A stretch of 37,671 bases of DNA from positions 1 through 37,671 of the forward strand of contig NW_027191522.1 of assembly GCF_011745625.1 (NCBI RefSeq), written 5' to 3'. Shown piece by piece: positions 32,466 through 37,671 of the stretch. Position numbers and translations under genes: made by a program. The notes below the pieces were generated by a model. The model was not told the DNA's origin. It ran no database searches and was given only the letters and a program-made list of their open reading frames with translations. Source of the stretch: Cladosporium halotolerans (taxonomy: Eukaryota). Within the stretch, counting starts at the first letter, position 1, and the number at the start of each line of letters is the position of its first letter.

Positions 32466-33923
32466 TCAAGCAAGGCCGACAGACGCCTTCATGCGCCTCC
32501 AGATCTCCGCGCCCATCGCCTTGCGCGTGTCCGAAGTCCTCGACGCGGCGTCCTTGTTCTCCGCAGCGCGGCGCAGCAGGTAGTTCAGGCACTCGGTCAT
32601 GCTGCCCCAGGCGATGCACTTGACGACCTGCTCCTTGACCTTGCTCTCGTCGCCGCCGCTCAGGCGGGTGGCGGCGAGCAGCGAGCAGGAGACCTCGTCG
32701 GCCATGCCCTGCAGCTGCGCGTAGACGAGCGGCGTCAGCGGCTCGCCGCGGTCGAGCTGCTCCTGGCGCAGGCGCTGCGCGAGCCCGACGGTGTTGGCGT
32801 TGTGCGAGGCGATGACGACGCGGCTGGCGGGCCAGGGGGCGGAGGCGGCGGCGGGGGAGGTGGGCGGCACGACGGAGTTGTAGTCGCGGTGGATGAGAGC
32901 GGACATCATGCCGTCGTAGCAGGCGTGGGTGTCTTCGATGGTGTCGTGGATGAGCGAGCGCTCTTCGGAGAACAGGTAGGCGCCGCGGACGAGCTTGGCG
33001 CCCAGGGTAAAGCCTTCGGCGCGGGCGATGTCGAGGTGGCGGGAGAGGGTGGCGGGCGCGGACTTGAGATAGCACTGGTAGGTGTTGTAGAGGACCGTCT
33101 GGCCGTCGCGGTTGAAGATGCGCTGCAGGTTGAGGGTCCAAGCGTGGTAGCCGGGGAGGTTCCAATTCTCTTCGGCGGAGGGGAGGAGGCAGACGCCCTT
33201 CTCGGCAGCGGCCTTGCAGACGTGCTTCATGGCCTTGTCCATGGCCTCGCTGGGGTCTTTCTGCGCGGCGCAGAGGCGGAGAGCCGCGGGGCCCATGCCG
33301 CTCCACTTCAGGCCGATGAAGTCGCCGGCCTCAGCGATGGAGACGGAGGCGAGCATGCCCTTCTGCCAGGTCTCAACATCCTTAAGCTCGTCGCCTTCGG
33401 CGTCCTTGAGGACCTCCAGGGCGTACTCCAGGATAACACCACCGTAGCCTTGCTCGCGGAGCTGCTTGGAAGTCGCGCTTACCTGTGCGGGCGTGGAGCC
33501 AGCGCAGAACTGCTTGTAGAAGGTCTGGTAAAGCAGGGCTCTTGCCAGAGGGTTCTTCTCGAGGCTGAAGAGGAAGTTCTTGCTCTCGAGCATGCGGCGA
33601 AGGATGGCGGAAGATGCGTCGAGAAGGCGCGGCGAAGAGGAGACGGCGGTGATCATGTAGGAGCGCAGAATCTGGGTGAGAGGGAGGAAGCCAAGGGCAG
33701 AGACCTCAGCCTTGGAGGGGCCATTGGCGGCAGCAGCGTTTGCGCTGGGAGAGTTGAAGTTGGGGTAGGCGGCCGACTGGTCGTTGTGAGGCGAGGAGTG
33801 GATGCCTCTGCGGTGGGAGACCTTTGTGTGAGCGTGCCTGGCGGAGACGTAGCAGAAGGCGGTCTGCTTGGGCAGGGCAGAGAAGGCGCTCTCGAGCGCC
33901 TGGACGCGGACTGCGGTGTTCAT
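32466..33923 (-). CDS. PUT1: Proline dehydrogenase family flavoprotein (Put1/PrnD-like, atypical active site), 485 aa
   Basis: TFYKQFCAG, YNTYQCYLK, GAKLVRGAY, IASHN, AQLQGMADEVS and NYLLRRAAEN, with a mitochondrial-like N-terminus. The first in-frame ATG is at 33923. Confidence 0.9.
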   Translation of the reverse strand: MNTAVRVQALESAFSALPKQTAFCYVSARHAHTKVSHRRGIHSSPHNDQSAAYPNFNSPSANAAAANGPSKAEVSALGFLPLTQILRSYMITAVSSSPRLLDASSAILRRMLESKNFLFSLEKNPLARALLYQTFYKQFCAGSTPAQVSATSKQLREQGYGGVILEYALEVLKDAEGDELKDVETWQKGMLASVSIAEAGDFIGLKWSGMGPAALRLCAAQKDPSEAMDKAMKHVCKAAAEKGVCLLPSAEENWNLPGYHAWTLNLQRIFNRDGQTVLYNTYQCYLKSAPATLSRHLDIARAEGFTLGAKLVRGAYLFSEERSLIHDTIEDTHACYDGMMSALIHRDYNSVVPPTSPAAASAPWPASRVVIASHNANTVGLAQRLRQEQLDRGEPLTPLVYAQLQGMADEVSCSLLAATRLSGGDESKVKEQVVKCIAWGSMTECLNYLLRRAAENKDAASRTSDTRKAMGAEIWRRMKASVGLA

Positions 33924-33927
33924 AATT

Positions 33928-33981
33928 GCCAGAGTATATTGTCCGGCCAGAGGGTATTGTCCAGCCAAAGGGAGTTATCCA
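33928..33981. repeat. Three 18-bp imperfect tandem repeats directly upstream of the PRODH start codon
   Basis: GCCAGAGTATATTGTCCG / GCCAGAGGGTATTGTCCA / GCCAAAGGGAGTTATCCA at 33928, 33946 and 33964. Confidence 0.85.
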
Positions 33982-34963
33982 AGGGCGACAGGTCCAAAGT
34001 CCGTGGAGGGGTGGGAGACTTGGAGACAGAGGAGATAGCGAGACAACAAAGGAAGACACTCCTACCTGGCACGCACGAATATATGGGCGACATGGTGCTC
34101 GGCCCCGGACTGATAGCTTTTTGCAATGCCGCGGGTGCCAATCGCAGCAATCGGGCGCGGTGGCTCTGGTCGACGATGGGGACTGGACTGCGTCGCTCGG
34201 CTACTGGCGGCTCTGAGCTAATCGCAGACATTTGCTTGGCGGCTGTCCTCAGGCTGCTAAGCTGACTTGTCTCCCCACAGTCGCTGGGTGAGGCAAAGCC
34301 AGCGACCGGCCGCCTCCGCTATCGCTGCAGCCAGGGCCAGCCAGGGCCAGCCCAGCCTGCTGCACGTCCGCAACCGGCGCCATGCTCGGCCTCGGCTGCA
34401 GCATAGCCCCGACCTCACCTGTTGACTGCACTGGTTAATGAAGCCTTGTTATCCCGTATAAAGGTGCACATAGCAATGTTTCCATGATGCAACAGTAGTG
34501 AATCTGTTCCAAAGTACCTCTTAGATAGCCAACGTGGCTCTGAGCAGCCCCCGGCCAAGCAAACGCATGCAGGCGCCGTGATAAGCTCTCGTGGCGCCCC
34601 CAGCAAAGATAAGCAGATCGTCGGCGAAGAATGTTATAGGCGATCTCACAACACATAAAACGGCTTAATTGTTTGGCAGTGTTGTTAGTCTGCTTGCGAT
34701 TTGCAAGAACGAACTGCCCGCAGCGCGGCGGCAAACATAGCAGCTTCCACACCGCCAACACTCACCCAAAGGCAATCACATTGAGCGCTGCACCAGCGGC
34801 AAAAGAAGGAAAGAAGAAGGAGGTGCGAGAAATATGTACGAGCAAAATCCATTCAACATAAGAACTACGTAAAGTAATGTGCGTGGGTCGTTTCGCCAGC
34901 CACCCGTATCCGACGGAACAGGATGCCTTAGCTCAAGCAAAGCGCCAAAAAAAGCCCTTGCTA

Positions 34964-35304
34964 AGCCGCGCTTTGGTTTGATCTTGGCCGTGGCTGCGCG
35001 CCGCTCGCACTTGCACGGGGACAAGAGAGTGCGGCGGGCCGCCTTGGATCGTTGGCCGTTGCATGCGCTCTCAATTGGGAAAGCGCATCTAATCCATCCG
35101 TAACCAAAAGAAAAGATGTACACGGCGCGTTTTGCAAGTCATCCCTAGGCTCCCAAAGGGAGCAAGGATGCCTGGTGCTTCAGCCGTGCTTTGTTTGATC
35201 TTGGCCGTGGCTACGCGCCGCTCGCACTCTCATCGAGACAAGGGAGTGCGGCGGGCCGCCGTGGATCGTTGGCCATTGAATGCGCTTTCGCGAGGAAGGC
35301 GATC
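34964..35304. repeat. Diverged direct repeat, two copies of ~125 bp (period 218)
   Basis: Copy 1 at 34964-35089 and copy 2 at 35182-35304 share TTTGATCTTGGCCGTGGCT.CGCGCCGCTCGCACT and GAGTGCGGCGGGCCGCC.TGGATCGTTGGCC. Confidence 0.9.
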
Positions 35305-35485
35305 GGAGTGTAGGGGGATGGGTGTTGGAGGGAAAGTGCAGTGCAGTTTGTGGAGTGTGAGAAGATGCGTATAGTATACCTTGTGGCCAGGTCGGTGGCG
35401 GCGACGGGGAGGGCCAGAGGGATTCTAGTTTTTGTAGAGGGGTGTAAGCGGCGTGATTGCGACGCTGAAACGGAGGGTGGATGGT

Positions 35486-35536
35486 CTGCTGCTGATGCTA
35501 CTGCTGCCGATGCTACTGCTGCTGCTGCTGCTGCTG
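35486..35536. repeat. Imperfect (CTG)n microsatellite
   Basis: About 17 triplets dominated by CTG/GCT. Confidence 0.85.
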
Positions 35537-36480
35537 TTCGTGCCCAGATCCTGTATACACGTCAGCGCACGACAAAACGGAAGCGAAAGCAATGCGACGT
35601 TGCGTCGGAGAAGTGTATGGATGTATGCGCACTAAGTAACCTTGCTCCACAGCTGGGAAATCCCAGCGAAGCGAAGGTGTGCAATGCGCAAGACTTGATT
35701 TAGGGCGTATCAAATCAAGCATGCTCATAGAGGAGAGGAGCATGCTCGCGATAAACCGCCCACTTGTCGATGGGGTCGTCGACTGCTGGATGCGGCATCG
35801 AGAAGAAGGGAACATACCAGGTTGGCCAGCGATGATAACCGAAAGCCATAAGAGAGTCCAAGAGGGTGTGAAAAGAAATGAATCTGGGAGACAAGTCAGC
35901 GTAGAGACAGCGCGTTGGAGCAAGCCCCAACGCGCGTGCACAAGTATGCGTACGGAATTGGGAGCGGAATTTATGCTCGATCAGACATCGCAACATCCCC
36001 GACGCACAAGGCGCGCCCAAAGGTACGAGGAGTCCGACCGAGCAACGTTGATGTCGGGTTCGCTTTTTAGGCAAGGCCAATGAGACTCTGGCAGTGCCCC
36101 AGTCTGATCGCGGGTGAACGACCCTTGGGTGGGGAAATGATGAGGAAGGGGTTGATGAAATGCTGTGGCTCTAGAAAAGTCAGCGAAGTTGCGACATCCG
36201 AAGCACGTAGAGCAGAGCTGTGCGCAATGGATGTCGGGCTGTGTTGAGGCAAAGTCCCAAAGACAGTACCCTTCCCACCGCCCTTTTGATCTCGGACCGT
36301 GTAGTAGTGCAAAGCCAATTGGACTCTGACAGTGCACAACAACGGTCCTTCCATTGTCCAGACTGACGCTGAATCGAATGTTTGGTGCGCGCAAGAGGGG
36401 TGGAGGCTCACATGTGATGGGGGGTGGTGGGGATGAGAGGTCTTTGTGGCAGGCGTCCTTGAGAGAGTGATGTCGGGGTC

Positions 36481-37112
36481 GGAACTGCCAAGTATGTCAG
36501 TGTACGTTCGCTTTCATGGTAGTGTAAAGTGAGCGGTCCGCGACACGAAGAAGAAGCAAGGGAAAAAACAGGGAAAAAAAACAACAAAGAAAAAGAAATG
36601 TCCGCTAAGCTAGTACCCCCAGTCCATGAGCCTTGAGGAAAGAGGGCGTTCTTGCGGAGCGGCGATCCTGCGTGAAATTGTCAAGAGAGATCAATCTGGG
36701 GCCGTCGTCTCGGCAGTACCAATTGAAAGATGGTATAGCCTTGCTGACGAGTCGACCCCGCCATGGGGAAGGAGGAAGATGAGGGAATGATTGAAAGAGA
36801 GAGAAGTCGCGCGTATCGATCGCGAAAGACAATGGCGGGCAAGAAGGGTGCCTGCAGGGAGGTGGCCGGACATACGAGCCTGAAAGAGGAGCTGTCAATT
36901 GTATCAGTGTACGTTCGCTTTGATGGTCGCGTGAAGTAGGCGGTCAGCAGCAAGAAGAATAGCCACGAGAAAATAGGAATGTCCGCTCGGCTAGAACCCT
37001 CAGTCCATGAGCCTTAAGGAAAGAGAGTGTGTATCCGGAGCGGCCCAGGATGGGTTGATCTCGTGTCGGCGCCTGGCTGATACCAAAGGAGAGATGGCAC
37101 AGTCTTATTGGC
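36481..37112. repeat. Diverged direct repeat, two copies of ~230-270 bp (period ~400)
   Basis: Shared blocks TCAGTGTACGTTCGCTTT (36497 and 36904), AATGTCCGCT and CAGTCCATGAGCCTT.AGGAAAGAG, plus CGGAGCGGC. Boundaries are approximate. Confidence 0.85.
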
Positions 37113-37236
37113 GGACGGCACGTTTCAACAACTTTGTGCTCTGGCAAAGCAATCGGAAACTGTGGAACCCTCTGTTCTGTTTCAGACCATTAGTCTTCGG
37201 AAGGAAACTCAAAATAAGTTCCTCTGTCGATCCGGG

Positions 37237-37305
37237 TGATACCTCGCCTCCAGCGGCCCCCAATTCCCACAGCCGTAAACGGCAATTGCTGGAGGCAAGG
37301 TATCA
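37237..37305. repeat. 18-bp inverted repeat with one mismatch, forming a hairpin
   Basis: TGATACCTCGCCTCCAGC (37237-37254) versus GCTGGAGGCAAGGTATCA (37288-37305), with an inner GCCGT-AA-ACGGC mini-stem. Confidence 0.9.
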
Positions 37306-37577
37306 GCGCGGACCGGTGCAGATTGATATGGGCCGTGGGTGGACCGAGCATCGATAAGATGGCCGGTACCGCTCGACTTGCTGAACAAAGTCGAAACCCC
37401 GGCCCAAGTGTTTTCTGGGTATCCGATCCCTCTCTTTCACAGACCGGTCTTGTACCCTTCGACGCGCTGCGTGTCAATGTCTTGGTTTTTGCGAGAAGAT
37501 GCCTCTTCGATGATGCCCGTTGAGGATCAAACGATCAGGCGGTCTCAGATGGCCGAAGTTAATGGGCCTCGACCATA

Positions 37578-37671
37578 GATCTTGAATCTTGATTTTCTCA
37601 ATCAGATAATCAATCAGGTAATCAATCAATCAGGTCCCTGATTGAGCTCGGACCTGAATAATCAGATTCAG
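37578..37671. repeat. AATC-rich micro-repeat segment at the window edge (possible transposon or MITE terminus)
   Basis: Reiterated (A)ATCA units at 37599-37633 and inverted pair TCAGGTCC (37630-37637)/GGACCTGA (37650-37657). Confidence 0.45.

Noticed and set aside
34964..37112. CRISPR-like array
   Set aside because: The DNA is eukaryotic, the repeats are two-copy, long and diverged, there is no repeat-spacer periodicity and there are no cas genes.

Overview
This is GC-rich filamentous-ascomycete genomic DNA, probably a Dothideomycete (inferred from gene content, short GT-AG introns with CTRAC branch sites and a dispersed 5S gene). Recognisable genes in order are Spa2 polarisome scaffold (-), a DUF3605/GIG1-like HIT protein with a 1-nt frameshift (+), HMG-CoA reductase (+), a dispersed 5S rRNA (+), a purine-cytosine permease (+), an orphan gene whose ATG is split by an intron (+), a head-to-head Yng2 (-)/Hos2 (+) pair, a secreted M28 peptidase (+), a secreted type-B carboxylesterase (-) and an atypical proline dehydrogenase (-). 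The most unusual part is about 26.7-28.5 kb. It holds a minus-strand four-exon orphan transcript model, missed by the ORF track, whose 3' part is packed with 14-19 bp near-perfect stems, followed by a tRNA-type B-box cassette between direct repeats. The region 34.9-37.6 kb carries two diverged tandem duplications and more hairpins. Both window ends look like repeat or transposon termini. There is no CRISPR array, transposase or secondary-metabolite backbone gene. All calls were made by eye, with no database searches.
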